Assembly (NCBI GenBank): GCA_002104905.1
Contig: MCFE01000287.1
Span: 1-64,000 of the forward strand
Source: Basidiobolus meristosporus CBS 931.73
Lineage: Eukaryota > Fungi > Basidiobolomycota
Length of the DNA stretch: 64,000 nt
Reading direction: 5' to 3'
Shown here: one piece after another, positions 48,512-60,612 of the stretch
Numbering within the stretch: the stretch's first letter is position 1
How the letters are laid out: each line of letters opens with the position of its first letter
Notes under the pieces: model-generated
Seen by the model: the letters and a program-made list of their open reading frames with translations, nothing else
Told to the model about the DNA's origin: nothing
The model's database searches: none
Program-made: the position numbers and the translations under genes

Positions 48512-49234
48512 CTATTCAGAGTTCAGGAAGCCTCTTCTATTACTTTGTTCGGTATCAGCAGTCGGGTTGGAGGGCATACGGTTGTGTTTTTCCCATTTTT
48601 CTTCGTGGATTTGGTGTGCCTGGTGGATTTCGCTTAATGGCGCAAACATAGGCGACATCAAGGATGCCTCACTTCCACTATCCGAATCAGAGTCAGAATC
48701 ATAGAGTTGGAAGTCCTCCCAAGATCCATCTGGGTTATCTCTGTTGTACGAAAAATATTCGTACTCAGATTGCTCACTAGAGGGGTAGTGACTGGATATA
48801 TGAGTACTGGCAGAATTAATCTGGTAAAGGCGTTGAGCAGAGATTCCGAGGGGGTTGTGACCAAGTGCGGCCAAACCGGCAGATTCTGCCACATTGTGAA
48901 GATAGCTTGATTTGTTTACAGCATTATATGGTTCAGCGTATAACCGTTGCTTACAAACAATCCCGTTAGGAAACAAGTTACGCCATAGGCGGGATAACAT
49001 GGGAGCAATTGCGCACTGTGGAACTGCGCCGTTTTTGGCTTGCGATGCCTCCCTACATCTGTTAAAGGATTTCACAAGATGAGGGAAAATGGGGGCGGAT
49101 GAAATACAGGGGAATTGAGGTGCCGTTGAATTGGTGGATTTTTTCGTTCCACCGAAAGTACTGTTGTTGCATTTTTGGAAAAGCATGGTTTCAAATGTCC
49201 GGAAATTGAAGGGAGATAGGCCGCAGGTGTTCAC
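48512..49234 (-). CDS. Hypothetical protein
   Basis: 240-aa ATG ORF with acidic Ser-rich segment DSDSDSDSGSE. No recognised domain. Confidence 0.55.
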   Translation of the reverse strand: MNTCGLSPFNFRTFETMLFQKCNNSTFGGTKKSTNSTAPQFPCISSAPIFPHLVKSFNRCREASQAKNGAVPQCAIAPMLSRLWRNLFPNGIVCKQRLYAEPYNAVNKSSYLHNVAESAGLAALGHNPLGISAQRLYQINSASTHISSHYPSSEQSEYEYFSYNRDNPDGSWEDFQLYDSDSDSDSGSEASLMSPMFAPLSEIHQAHQIHEEKWEKHNRMPSNPTADTEQSNRRGFLNSE

Positions 49235-49904
49235 TGTTTAGGAACGCGATTGGCAAGGTGCAGAATGGCAACAAAAGTAAGTATATGAGGAATCGACTCA
49301 GATGAAAACACTTGAACAAGAAAGGGCCTCAAGAAAAGGACATCTACAGAATACAATGACGAGAGTACCAGGAGAGAATCCCACAAAAGACGGGACAGAA
49401 TTTGAAAGAAATGATTAGATGTGGAATGTTAAAGGTTGTGGTAGTATCAAAGTGAAAAATGGTTTAGAACGTAAGAGAAAAGTGAGAAAATAGAATATTT
49501 TGGCAAATTATAGCAGGCCATAGATTCTTGAATGGTCTGTATTGTTCATGCACATATAATAGGTTAATCTATCTTCGATGAATCGCCTAATCTTGCTAGG
49601 CTCAAATGGCCATTATCTCGATATTAGTCTTCTAGAAATACGATTGTTTTTACAGTGAAAATACCAGAAACATCTCAAACTTTAGAGTCACATGCTACGG
49701 AATAGCCGTTCATTTGTCACAGATTACCAAATATCAGATTGATCTGCCAATGCCAAGAAGACAGTTTCAAATCAACTAATTTATTTACAATAAATTTTGA
49801 AAGCGTGTCTCAAACAAGTGACTTGAACATGCCAGTTGATTGAGAATTAATGTTCTCGATTTGTTTCGAGCGAGTAAATGAGAGCTCGACATACGAGTGG
49901 TAGT

Positions 49905-51100
49905 TCAAGAATGTAACTCCGCACCAGCGTTCGCTAGCATGTCAGCCATCTCATTGCCAGGGACTCCGCTGTGTCCTTTCACATGTGTCTAATACCAAGA
50001 AGAAGGGTTCAGCAAGGTGGTGAGCATCAAATGTAACATGAAGGCACTCACAAAGCGGACTTTCCCTGGCCTTCGGGTGATTAACTGGTCAAGCTTTTGA
50101 ATCAAGTCTTTATTTTCAACATCCTTGCCTGCGGACGTTTTCCACTGGCGGGCTTTCCAATTATGTATCCACACCGTTATGGCTAATGAAAATACTGTTA
50201 GCCTTTGAAGATGCCAATCAAAGTACGCAGAGATACCATTGATTAGGTATTGACTATCGGTTTTAATATTCAGCTTTAGTTCGTCATCTCCAGCATTTTC
50301 GATTGCTCGGATGGCGGCCTAGAGACAAGGGAATCAATTTGATATACAATCGATGAAAACTGCACAGCATACCACATACCATAATTTCAGCTCGTTGGTT
50401 TGTTTGTTTTCCGAGCAACGGCTCGCTTACATTTCTATTAATGCAAAATGTCTAATTATCTGGAGTCGAGCCGCTGCACCATGCAATTACAACTACCTTG
50501 GATCATCTTGACCAAAGTAGACACCAACTCCCGCTCGACAGCCAGCCTTGCCATTTCCACGGCTGCTACCATCGGTGAATATTGCAAAATACTCCCCTAG
50601 TATCCAGAAGCAGTGTTAGTTTTTGCAAAGAGTAAATCTATTGTGGAAACATACCATCAGAAACATCTGGTTCTGGATCGAGTTGTAAATGATAAGTAGA
50701 TGAAATGTAGAGCAAGTCGGATGTTTTCTCGTACCACACTCAGTTTCTTTGGAAATTTTGGAGGGCTTGCCTTTTCTCCCAAATCTTACAAAATCCTCTG
50801 CCTCTACTTGAGAATCGAATTTTTTGTATATAGGATATTTATATCCAAGGACCTGAGCTTCACATTCGGGCCTATATGTTAATGATTTGTGGGCGGTAAA
50901 TACATAATTCGCAAAGTCCATTATATTATCTACAACCATGTACGATAGACTCCAGCTTTTTTTCCTCGATGGACTGCGTAAAATTTTTGAGGAGTCGCCT
51001 TTGAAGCCTTCGTTGTTGCCGGGTTAGAGGGCCAACCCCCTTCAGCCTTGCGCTTTTTGTTGGTCAGCATATTGGGTCGTGCCTGGGCTGGAGGTAACAT
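49905..51100 (-). CDS. RNH1: Ribonuclease H1 (hybrid-binding domain + RNase H), multi-exon
   Basis: KFYAVHRGKKAGVYRTWPECEAQVLGY..YKKF, IFTDGSSRGNG..AGVGVYFG, QTNQRAE, TDSQY, WIHNWK..WK, HVKGHSGVPGNEMADMLA. Confidence 0.93.
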
Positions 51101-51614
51101 TGAACTGGATCTTCAGAACAAAAAAGATACAATTCCCAGCAACAAACGAAATAAAAAACAAAATCAATTGAATAGATTATGGGACTGTCTTTGTTCTGAG
51201 ACATCGGTACTGGATTTCGCCGATTTCACCGATAATTGTCAACGAGCAACCCATCATCTGATTTTGATAATTCACATCTGACAGTTGCTTGGTGCTGTGT
51301 TTGGTAATGTCTCATTCTCTATATGCTGTTATATGCTGGCTTACTATTGTCTATATTTCAATTCCAGTGTTTGCTCTTCCATATCCAATTCGAGTTGATT
51401 AAATGCCCGGCCAATCATCTGCCATATAAAACGGCATTTGGACTACTAACCTCTTATTATTGGAATGTATTTGTTAATTTGACTCTTTGACAGTCGCAAT
51501 TCTATAGCGTATATTCCAGTTTCATTGCTTCTCATACGGCATACATAGTTCATTTTGAAAATCTCCATTTTGTTTTCTCGTAAGACTCGCAAACTAGATA
51601 ACAAGGTCACCAGA

Positions 51615-52559
51615 ATGTACAGCAAACTCAACAACGCTAGGGTCAAGCGCAAGAACGAATTCGTTGGCCAAGGACAGCGTCCCTTCAATAACGATTTCAC
51701 TTTGTACAGCCACCCCATTCTAGCTGGGCTATCAACAGATTCTATGAGTCCAGATCGAAAGAATTATTTGTCAGACACTGCCATCGCCTCCCAAACTATT
51801 AATAGCTTATATCCGATGGCACAGTTTCCCCAGTCTTATGAGCACCCTGATCTAAGACTGAACTTCCTGGAAACCCCAACTACCTATTCCCCCTTCGCCT
51901 CTTACTGCCCGCCAGAGTCGATGCCGACACTATACACCCCACAAATAAGCTCTTACGATGCTAATTCAGTGCAGTCCACACCATTCTTGACTCCCAAGGT
52001 AGAGTTTGACCGAAGTGGCTTTGAATCGAATGATACACAACCACACGCTCCCCAGCAACAAGCTTCCCTCGATTTTTCGCTCTACTGCAAGGATGGTTCG
52101 TTTCATGTTGATGAAGATAAGCAATCAGTCCTAATCGCCCCTTTAGAGGAAATTGCATCGTATAATCACGAAAACAACAAGAAAGAGTGCTTCGAGAACA
52201 GTACACTTGAGAAGAGAGTATCCTCAACCACGAACTTAACACCAGAAACTGCAACCTTCACCTCTGGAGTGGGCTCAAACAGTACCAAGGAAAAGAAGTA
52301 CGGTTGCGATGTATGCGGATTACATTTCGCACGTAAATTTAATCTAAATGTACACATCCGTGGGCATGACCCGAAACTAGCACGTCCCTTTGATTGCCCG
52401 GAATGTCCGAAGTCATTCGGCAGAAAGCATGATTTGAGCCGCCATCTGGCTACCGTCCACAAGGGTGAAAGGCCACATCAGTGCCCGAGTTGTCAAAAGC
52501 ATTTCTCAAGAAAAGATGGCCTACATCGCCATCTGATCAAAGGATGCACAAGCATTTAG
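51615..52559 (+). CDS. C2H2 zinc-finger transcription factor (two C2H2 fingers plus a terminal C2HC finger)
   Basis: CDVC..HIRGH, CPEC..FGRKHDLSRHLATVH, CPSC..FSRKDGLHRHLIKGC. First ATG at 51615. Confidence 0.9.
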   Translation: MYSKLNNARVKRKNEFVGQGQRPFNNDFTLYSHPILAGLSTDSMSPDRKNYLSDTAIASQTINSLYPMAQFPQSYEHPDLRLNFLETPTTYSPFASYCPPESMPTLYTPQISSYDANSVQSTPFLTPKVEFDRSGFESNDTQPHAPQQQASLDFSLYCKDGSFHVDEDKQSVLIAPLEEIASYNHENNKKECFENSTLEKRVSSTTNLTPETATFTSGVGSNSTKEKKYGCDVCGLHFARKFNLNVHIRGHDPKLARPFDCPECPKSFGRKHDLSRHLATVHKGERPHQCPSCQKHFSRKDGLHRHLIKGCTSI

Positions 52560-53021
52560 AAGAGTCGTCTATCACAAAACCAGCATTACTTATGATTTAA
52601 TACTGTATAGGTTATGATTCCTCTACTCGTTGAGATGGCATTTTGTATAACCCTATACTTCATGTACCTATTCAAGTATTCTCTCTTCCCATGTAGCATT
52701 CTCCTAATTTTGTGTGCCTCCCCTCATGGATGTATTGGTATTTTAATCGGCTTTAGCCTTTAGCGTGTACGTATCTTTCTATAATCTTTGCATTGCATAT
52801 CTGTATCTTACTATAATCTCTGTTTTGCATGTCTGTATGTTGTATATCGAGTATATGTTGCTTTGTATTGTACACAAATTTATCTGGATTCTACGGGCTT
52901 GAATAAATGATCTATATGACGATTTTGGCAGTGGTGCGCATGTAGAGGAATGAATACAAATTCAGGAATGCTGGGTATAGGTGGTGCTTGTATGATGTTC
53001 AGGTTTGATTCAACTATGTTT

Positions 53022-54968
53022 CTACAAGACCAACTCTTTCTCTAGTAGACAATTGTGCAGATCCGGGAAGTTCTTCCGTAGCTGTTTGGAGAAAACCCTC
53101 CGTTGAGCAGGGTCCCCTGATTTGATCAAAAATCTAGAGATGATTTCTACGGTCTTCACGCTTGGCTTCCACTTGTACTGTTTACATTCTACCCAGAAAG
53201 CCTGAATCCCACCGGAGACATCGCCAAGATGGCAGAGTCCCTCGACGTACGCACTTAGGTTGTTTTCGGTAAATGGAAAGCCCTCATCCTTCAACTTCGC
53301 CCAGAAATCACGTAGCTCGCTTGGGCTGGTGTGATATCCATATGAGTCTAACACAGCCGACAATGATCCATTGAGTGTGTTCGCTGGGAATTTTTTAGTT
53401 GCTGCAGACCAGAGTGACACCACCTCGGCATGATCTTTGATATAGCTGTAGCAATTGATCAGTATTCCGTAGGTGATGGAGGTGTCAGAGATTCCCGCCT
53501 TCTTCATCAACTCATAGAATGCCAATGCTTTTTCGGGCCTATTCGCCTTTAGACACCCGTTCATGACCGTGTTATAGGTGCTGGCGTTTGGCTTTATGCC
53601 GTACTTCTGCATCTCCCCAATCCACTTCATGGCTCGGCTCAAAGATGTCGCGGAGCACCCTTCGATCATGGTGTTGAAGGTGATTTCATTAGGCTGGGAG
53701 TATTTTAGAATCTCTTGGTAAAGCTGTTCTCCCATTTTAGTATCACCTTGCACGAAATACCCCTTAAGCAGTGTGTTGTACGTCGCTATGGTGGGCTGGG
53801 TACGGTGCTTTTGCATCTCACTCCTCACGTAATCCAGATATTTTATATCGTATTCGTCGGTGTATACGATCCCTTTGAGCAGCGTGTTAAATGTGATGAC
53901 GCTAGGCCTCAGTCCTGATTTGATGCCATCTGAATATATCTTCAGAATATCCTCGATTGGCCAGGATTGAGTCATTGAATTCAAGACTGCGTTAAACGTT
54001 ATTGTGTCCACAGTCAATCCATCTTGCATCATCAAGTTGAACATCTCTCTGGCTTTCTCAGGGCGCTGAGATTTCCCATAGGTATCGATCAAAATACTGT
54101 AGCAAACGTTATTGGGCTTTACTCCCGCCTTTGTCAGGGTGTCGTAAACTTTGGACATCAGCGTGGTATCTTTCTCGTTACGGCAATGCTTCAGAAGCGC
54201 GCTAAAGGTGAATGCGTCCGGCTTTGCGCCCTCGGAAAGTAGCTTCTCGAACTTCTCAAACGCCAGTTTGGCTGACTTTCTTCCTAGCATTTCTAGGTAG
54301 ATATTACACACGTAAATATCCGGAACGCCCTCCATAGACGATATCTGATCAAACGTGTGTTGGACTTGTTGAAGCGTTCCATACCTGTATTGGAACAATA
54401 TCAACGGGAATAGCTCCTGAGGGGTTTTGAAAGAAATATTCAAGGAGTCCATGGTTTTCAAGAGTGTATGGCATTTGTTTTGGAACTCGACCGAACCTTC
54501 AGTTCTTTTTCCCAATACACGAAGTAGACGAGACAATTGTAGGGTAGATACTTGTCTGACCGAGTGGATTTTTAGCAATTCTTCAAATGCCTCCCAAGCT
54601 GCAACAGCATTTCGTTCTCTCAAAGCAATCTCTAAGGTTGCCTTGTGGTTAATACGTAAAGACTTGATACCGGGCATTGAAGTCTTGGGTTGTGCTGGCA
54701 CAGACAATTGGTCAGTATTGCCCGGTTTCTGCTTTTCCATCACAGAATACTTGTCCTTTGTTGAAGGTAAATTCTTTTCTGAATATGTGGCAAGTAGACG
54801 GATATGTGTATGAATACGAGGAAAACCAAAAGAGGGCGGAAGAGCAGATGACTTGTTCAGCGATACAAATTTGTGTGTAGGTAGAGAAGCCCTGATACGG
54901 TTAAGCATTGTTGGCCTAACATCACTTGAGTAGTTTACTGAACGAGAAAAACAGCGTTGTAACAGCAT
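53022..54968 (-). CDS. Mitochondrial pentatricopeptide-repeat (PPR) protein
   Basis: Basic presequence and repeated 35-aa units such as PDAFTFSALL, PNNVCYSILIDTYGK, PSVITFNTLL, PTIATYNTLLKGY, PNASTYNTVM. Confidence 0.92.
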   Translation of the reverse strand: MLLQRCFSRSVNYSSDVRPTMLNRIRASLPTHKFVSLNKSSALPPSFGFPRIHTHIRLLATYSEKNLPSTKDKYSVMEKQKPGNTDQLSVPAQPKTSMPGIKSLRINHKATLEIALRERNAVAAWEAFEELLKIHSVRQVSTLQLSRLLRVLGKRTEGSVEFQNKCHTLLKTMDSLNISFKTPQELFPLILFQYRYGTLQQVQHTFDQISSMEGVPDIYVCNIYLEMLGRKSAKLAFEKFEKLLSEGAKPDAFTFSALLKHCRNEKDTTLMSKVYDTLTKAGVKPNNVCYSILIDTYGKSQRPEKAREMFNLMMQDGLTVDTITFNAVLNSMTQSWPIEDILKIYSDGIKSGLRPSVITFNTLLKGIVYTDEYDIKYLDYVRSEMQKHRTQPTIATYNTLLKGYFVQGDTKMGEQLYQEILKYSQPNEITFNTMIEGCSATSLSRAMKWIGEMQKYGIKPNASTYNTVMNGCLKANRPEKALAFYELMKKAGISDTSITYGILINCYSYIKDHAEVVSLWSAATKKFPANTLNGSLSAVLDSYGYHTSPSELRDFWAKLKDEGFPFTENNLSAYVEGLCHLGDVSGGIQAFWVECKQYKWKPSVKTVEIISRFLIKSGDPAQRRVFSKQLRKNFPDLHNCLLEKELVL

Positions 54969-55214
54969 TCCAGAGCGAATCGCAACGGTGAAAAGTCGTT
55001 TTGCATGACACTCCAGTTGATAGACCGCTCTTTTAGGATCTGACTATGGCTGCTTGATGTTGGGATTAAAATTTTTCTGGAGTAGAAATATCTTGATGAA
55101 GAGCGGATTCACCAGATTAATTATCCTTAGATGGCTTTTATAGTATTCTGAATTAGCACAACATGATGAATTCAATAGACAAATCTTAAAATATGAATAG
55201 GATGAATTATCCGG

Positions 55215-56872
55215 GAATACCCAAAGGTTTATTCTGTTTACATACAATACAATAGGATTGATATCTACAAGTGAGTTAACAAGCTTGTAGCCTGTGGCGT
55301 AGGTATTTCGGTAAATGTAATGGTTGCTCGGGTAGAATTCGGGTAGTGGAAACCTTGGTATGGTTATGCTGTGCAGCGGAGTTGAATCAATCTGAAAGCC
55401 GGTAAATTGCAGTGCGATTTGGAGGGTGGGTAAATGGTGGAGATCCCGGTATGTCCTTGGTCTTTCCTACCAGGTATCACCTTCCACACTACCACCCAAC
55501 TAACCCACCACAACCTTATTCCAGATCATTGTAGCTCCGGTCATAGACTTCTTCACAACGATGCAGTACTACCCTCAACCCCCACATGGCTCTAATGCTC
55601 CTCCTCCAGTGCCCCAGGAATATCCTTGAGATCCATCTCGACAAGATCTTTGAGTGCCTGTCCAATAATCTGGGTGCCTTCAAGGAGTTGCTCCTCGGTG
55701 ATGACAAGCGGAGGTGCCAACCGAATGATGTTCTCATGGGTAGGCTTGGCCAAAAGCCCTCTCTCCTTCAGGAGCAAGCACAAGTGCCAGGCGGTCTTTG
55801 GTGCCGCCTTCTCTTGGTCAATGACAATGGCGTTCAACAATCCACGTCCACGGACACAGGAGACAATTGGCGAGTTCAGGTTGCGGAGCTCCTTGCGGAA
55901 AATCTCGCCGAGACGTTCGGCTCTCTCGACAAGACCCTCCTCCTTGACCACCTCGAGTGCGGCCATGGCGACAGCACACCCAAGCGGATTGCCACCATAG
56001 GTGGATCCATGCTCTCCGGGCTTGATGCACAGCATCACTTCCTTGTCGGCCAACACCGCTGACACTGGGTAAACTCCTCCGGAGAGGGCCTTGCCAAGGA
56101 GAACCATGTCTGGGCGGAAGCCCTCGTGATCAATGGCTAGCATGGTTCCAGTACGCGCAATACCGGTCTGGATCTCATCAGCAATGAAGAGAATGTTGTG
56201 CTTCTTGCACAGGTCATAGCACTTGCGGAGGTATCCCTCATCCGGAACCATGATACCAGCCTCGCCCTGGATTGGCTCCACAAGGAATGCCGCGATCTTC
56301 TCAGGCTGTGCCTCGATGGCCGCCTTGAGATCGTCGTAGTTGTTGTACCGAATCTCACGTCCAGTCTTGGTGCAGAATGGCCCGACATTGGGAAGGTAGG
56401 GCCCGAACTCATTGCGTGCATCCGGGTCGGTAGACATGGAAATGATGCCACAGGTACGTCCGTGGAAGTTGTTGCTGCAGGAGAGAACAACCGCCTCGTT
56501 GGCTGGAATTCCCTTCTTCTGGTAACCCCACTTACGGGCAAGCTTGATGGCTGTCTCCACCGCTTCAGCTCCGGTGTTCATGGGTAGGACCATCTCGTAG
56601 CCAAAGTACTCCGTCACATACTTGGCGTAGCGTCCGAACACGTCATTGTAGAAGGCACGGGAGCTAAGGCATAGCTTTTGTGCTTGCTCCACCAAGGCAT
56701 TGATGATCTTGGGGTGGCTGTGACCTTGGTTGACTGCGGAGTATGCTGAGAGGAAATCAAAGTACTGCTTGCCCTCGGGGTCCCAAACATACACTCCCTC
56801 GGCCTTGGAGAAGACCACGGGGAGGGGGTGGTAGTTGTGGGCACTGTAGCTGTGTTCTAGCTCGATAATTTG
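55215..56872. repeat. Left arm of a 1658-bp inverted repeat
   Basis: Reverse complement matches 58004-59661 except for 11 substitutions (compared line by line). Confidence 0.95.
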
Positions 56873-56893
56873 TTCGGAGGAGTAAATGGTCAT
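55592..56893 (-). CDS. CAR2: Ornithine aminotransferase, copy A
   Basis: [28 protein letters not shown] lysine [22 protein letters not shown]. 433 aa, intronless. Confidence 0.97.
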   Translation of the reverse strand: MTIYSSEQIIELEHSYSAHNYHPLPVVFSKAEGVYVWDPEGKQYFDFLSAYSAVNQGHSHPKIINALVEQAQKLCLSSRAFYNDVFGRYAKYVTEYFGYEMVLPMNTGAEAVETAIKLARKWGYQKKGIPANEAVVLSCSNNFHGRTCGIISMSTDPDARNEFGPYLPNVGPFCTKTGREIRYNNYDDLKAAIEAQPEKIAAFLVEPIQGEAGIMVPDEGYLRKCYDLCKKHNILFIADEIQTGIARTGTMLAIDHEGFRPDMVLLGKALSGGVYPVSAVLADKEVMLCIKPGEHGSTYGGNPLGCAVAMAALEVVKEEGLVERAERLGEIFRKELRNLNSPIVSCVRGRGLLNAIVIDQEKAAPKTAWHLCLLLKERGLLAKPTHENIIRLAPPLVITEEQLLEGTQIIGQALKDLVEMDLKDIPGALEEEH

Positions 56894-56937
56894 GGTATTG
56901 TTCTAACAATGCTTGCTACGGAATGGCAAATGTCGCC

Positions 56938-56944
56938 TTTTATA
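56938..56944 (-). promoter_or_regulatory. TATA box of OAT copy A
   Basis: TATAAAA on the minus strand, about 44 nt before the ATG. Confidence 0.5.
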
Positions 56945-57933
56945 GTTCAGTTTGGAAAATTCTGGAGATGTCAACTTCGTGACCCACCAATCATCTTTCT
57001 TGTGAGGCCAATTTCTCACATACGTACCTAACTTGAGGTCCATTTCATTCCAGAATACCTAAATGTTGTGATAATGTGCCAACTTTTTATGATATTGATA
57101 TTGAGGATCCGTATATATCCCACAAAATTTCAGAAGCGCATCGGACCTCTTTCGGACCTGTGTCTCAGGGGGTCCGAATAGGATATAGATCTCATCGGAC
57201 CAGAACCATGGTTCAAGTACAGCGAATTCCATAAAATAGACTTGGTCCAGCGGCTCGGATTGCAATATATCTGACATTCTACAGTACCCAGTACCTTCAA
57301 TTATATTCACTCAAGATTTCCTGAATTTCAAAAATCTGCGGTGGATACACGAATATTGCACTCTGCTTCAATGATGGTCCAATGATGTAATAACGTTAAC
57401 AATATTAACCTTTATCACGGAGTCTAAAGAGAGGACTTGCGGAAGTACCAATGATTGATGCATTCCAATATTGACAGTTTCGAATTGGATGGCGAGTTTT
57501 TTGTTGCCCGAAATCGGGAATGTTGCTAACAAATAACTGTAAAACACTTTCTAAAACTGCAGGACAATATTCAGGTTCACATTCACATACAGTTCATGGG
57601 CCATTCCTGGGAATCTCGAAAACTAGGGGTATGTGTGGGAAATTTTGATCATCATACTCGAGACGTCGTACAAATATGGGTGCAAAAGAATTGACATCTA
57701 GAATATTAATGTTTTGGTGAATGGTTACCGTTTGAATGACGCCCATATATTCTCAAGAATGAAACCTTTCACTGATTTCTGTAATAGTAGGTTCCGTGTC
57801 CAGTTGCTCTTAAAGAGTTCCGAGGATAAAGTCATATGATTAGCGGGCTTTGATAGCACTAATGATTGGCTGGTTCCTATTAGATCATTCTAAATCAAGC
57901 TTAAGGTTGGCCAAATATCATTTCACGAACATC

Positions 57934-57940
57934 TATAAAT
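57934..57940 (+). promoter_or_regulatory. TATA box of OAT copy B
   Basis: TATAAAT about 42 nt before the ATG. Confidence 0.5.
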
Positions 57941-57982
57941 ATAGCCTTTTTCTGGCTAATGGTCAACTATTGATCATCCGAT

Positions 57983-59284
57983 ATGACCGTCTACACCTCT
58001 GAGCAAATTATCGAGCTAGAACACAGCTACAGTGCCCACAACTACCACCCCCTCCCCGTGGTCTTCTCCAAGGCCGAGGGAGTGTATGTTTGGGACCCCG
58101 AGGGCAAGCAGTACTTTGATTTCCTCTCAGCATACTCCGCAGTCAACCAAGGTCACAGCCACCCCAAGATCATCAATGCCTTGGTGGAGCAAGCACAAAA
58201 GCTATGCCTTAGTTCCCGTGCCTTCTATAATGACGTGTTCGGACGCTACGCCAAGTATGTGACGGAGTACTTTGGCTATGAGATGGTCCTACCCATGAAC
58301 ACCGGAGCTGAAGCTGTGGAGACAGCCATCAAGCTTGCCCGTAAGTGGGGTTACCAGAAGAAGGGAATTCCAGCCAACGAGGCGGTTGTTCTCTCCTGCA
58401 GCAACAACTTCCACGGACGTACCTGTGGCATCATTTCCATGTCTACCGACCCGGATGCACGCAATGAGTTCGGGCCCTACCTTCCCAATGTCGGGCCATT
58501 CTGCACCAAGACTGGACGTGAGATTCGGTACAACAACTACGACGATCTCAAGGCGGCCATCGAGGCACAGCCTGAGAAGATCGCGGCATTCCTTGTGGAG
58601 CCAATCCAGGGCGAGGCTGGTATCATGGTTCCGGATGAGGGATACCTTCGCAAGTGCTATGACCTGTGCAAGAAGCACAACATTCTCTTCATTGCTGATG
58701 AGATCCAGACCGGTATTGCGCGTACTGGAACCATGCTAGCCATTGATCACGAGGGCTTCCGCCCAGACATGGTTCTCCTTGGCAAGGCCCTCTCCGGAGG
58801 AGTTTACCCAGTGTCAGCGGTGTTGGCCGACAAGGAAGTGATGCTGTGCATCAAGCCCGGAGAGCATGGATCCACCTATGGTGGCAATCCACTTGGGTGT
58901 GCTGTCGCCATGGCCGCACTCGAGGTGGTCAAGGAGGAGGGTCTTGTCGAGAGAGCCGAACGTCTTGGCGAGATTTTCCGCAAGGAGCTCCGCAACCTGA
59001 ACTCGCCAATTGTCTCCTGTGTCCGTGGACGTGGATTGTTGAACGCCATTGTCATTGACCAAGAGAAGGCGGCACCAAAGACCGCCTGGCACCTGTGCTT
59101 GCTCCTGAAGGAGAGAGGGCTTTTGGCCAAGCCTACTCATGAGAACATCATTCGGTTGGCACCTCCACTTGTCATCACCGAGGAGCAACTCCTTGAAGGC
59201 ACCCAGATTATTGGACAGGCACTCAAAGATCTTGTCGAGATGGATCTCAAGGATATTCCTGGGGCACTGGAGGAGGAGCATTAG
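57983..59284 (+). CDS. CAR2: Ornithine aminotransferase, copy B
   Basis: Same protein as copy A except residues 3 (V vs I) and 5 (T vs S). Confidence 0.97.
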   Translation: MTVYTSEQIIELEHSYSAHNYHPLPVVFSKAEGVYVWDPEGKQYFDFLSAYSAVNQGHSHPKIINALVEQAQKLCLSSRAFYNDVFGRYAKYVTEYFGYEMVLPMNTGAEAVETAIKLARKWGYQKKGIPANEAVVLSCSNNFHGRTCGIISMSTDPDARNEFGPYLPNVGPFCTKTGREIRYNNYDDLKAAIEAQPEKIAAFLVEPIQGEAGIMVPDEGYLRKCYDLCKKHNILFIADEIQTGIARTGTMLAIDHEGFRPDMVLLGKALSGGVYPVSAVLADKEVMLCIKPGEHGSTYGGNPLGCAVAMAALEVVKEEGLVERAERLGEIFRKELRNLNSPIVSCVRGRGLLNAIVIDQEKAAPKTAWHLCLLLKERGLLAKPTHENIIRLAPPLVITEEQLLEGTQIIGQALKDLVEMDLKDIPGALEEEH

Positions 59285-59661
59285 AGCCATGTGGGGGTTG
59301 AGGGTAGTACTGCATCGTTGTGAAGAAGTCTATGACCGGAGCTACAATGATCTGGAATAAGGTTGTGGTGGGTTAGTTGGGTGGTAGTGTGGAAGGTGAT
59401 ACCTGGTAGGAAAGACCAAGGACATACCGGGATCTCCACCATTTACCCACCCTCCAAATCACACTGCAATTTACCGGCTTTCAGATTGATTCAACTCCGC
59501 TGCACAGCATAACCATACCAAGGTTTCCACTACCCGAATTCTACCCGAGCAACCATTACATTTACCGAAATACCTACGCCACAGGCTACAAGCTTGTTAA
59601 CTCACTTGTAGATATCAATCCTATTGTATTGTATGTAAACAGAATAAACCTTTGGGTATTC
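58004..59661. repeat. Right arm of the 1658-bp inverted repeat
   Basis: From OAT codon 8 to 377 bp past the stop codon. Identity ends at GGGTATTC. Confidence 0.95.
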
Positions 59662-60612
59662 ACCAGTAAATTCTATTTCAAGTCGAGTATCTGGTAAATA
59701 TTCTTGAAGCGACGAATGATAGTAAACTGTCAAGTCCAAAAAATCGGAGCGATATCAACGCCTCAGCATGGACGGAATAGTTTGAGTTGGTTATCAGGAA
59801 TCGAGAATTTTCATAGATATATGGACTCAGCAGCTTGGTAACGTATGTTGAATTCATTAATCATGAGCAAAGAAGTATCATTATTGTATCGGGAATAATG
59901 GGGCCGAGAATGTGGTTTTGTAAATGCTTAGCACCTCAAAATAAATTATCAATGGAGGTAGTGAAGAGCATATTAAACCAACTTTGAAATATCTAGTCGC
60001 TGGCGTATTCAACAAAATACATTAGTGGCGACTTCCGAAACAGATCTAGATGGTAATTTATGACCAGCTCATGACCTAGAAATGCAAATAGTGAATGACA
60101 TAGTTTTACGATGCATTTAGATAGATATATAACTATTTATGTGGTTAGACCCTTTATGGCTTGCAAAGCGCAGTCCAAACAAAAATAAATAATGTTCAGC
60201 AACTACGTCATGGAGCTTCAATAGTGTTCACTTAACAGAGGAAACATACTCATTCTGGGAGGATGCTCGGGGTAGATTAGCCAAGGTTGCCTATATTACA
60301 CTATTATTGGGTACTACATCTTGGAGGCGCTAATCAGCCAAGTGTACTGAACGATATGGAAGTGACACTTCGGATGGTCAATACTCAACCAAGCATTCAT
60401 ACGTATTGAGAGGTGTTTAAAGTGACGGCACATGCCCAAAGTTCACGTTACACGCACATTTTTGACATGTACCTACTAGTTCGCGAATGGCTCACCTGAT
60501 GATAGTGCCTTCGAAGTCTAACCATAAATAAAAGCGGCCGCACAGCAGAGTTAACATCATCTATGTATAATCTCTAGAATACCTTTTCACCACCTTTTAC
60601 TCAGAATTCTTG

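Noticed and set aside
57059-57310. 83-aa ORF in the OAT spacer (possible recombinase or transposon relic)
   Set aside because: No recognisable recombinase or transposase motif, and its length is within chance expectation.
55516-59360. Mirror-image small ORFs around both OAT genes
   Set aside because: Shadow frames duplicated by the inverted repeat.
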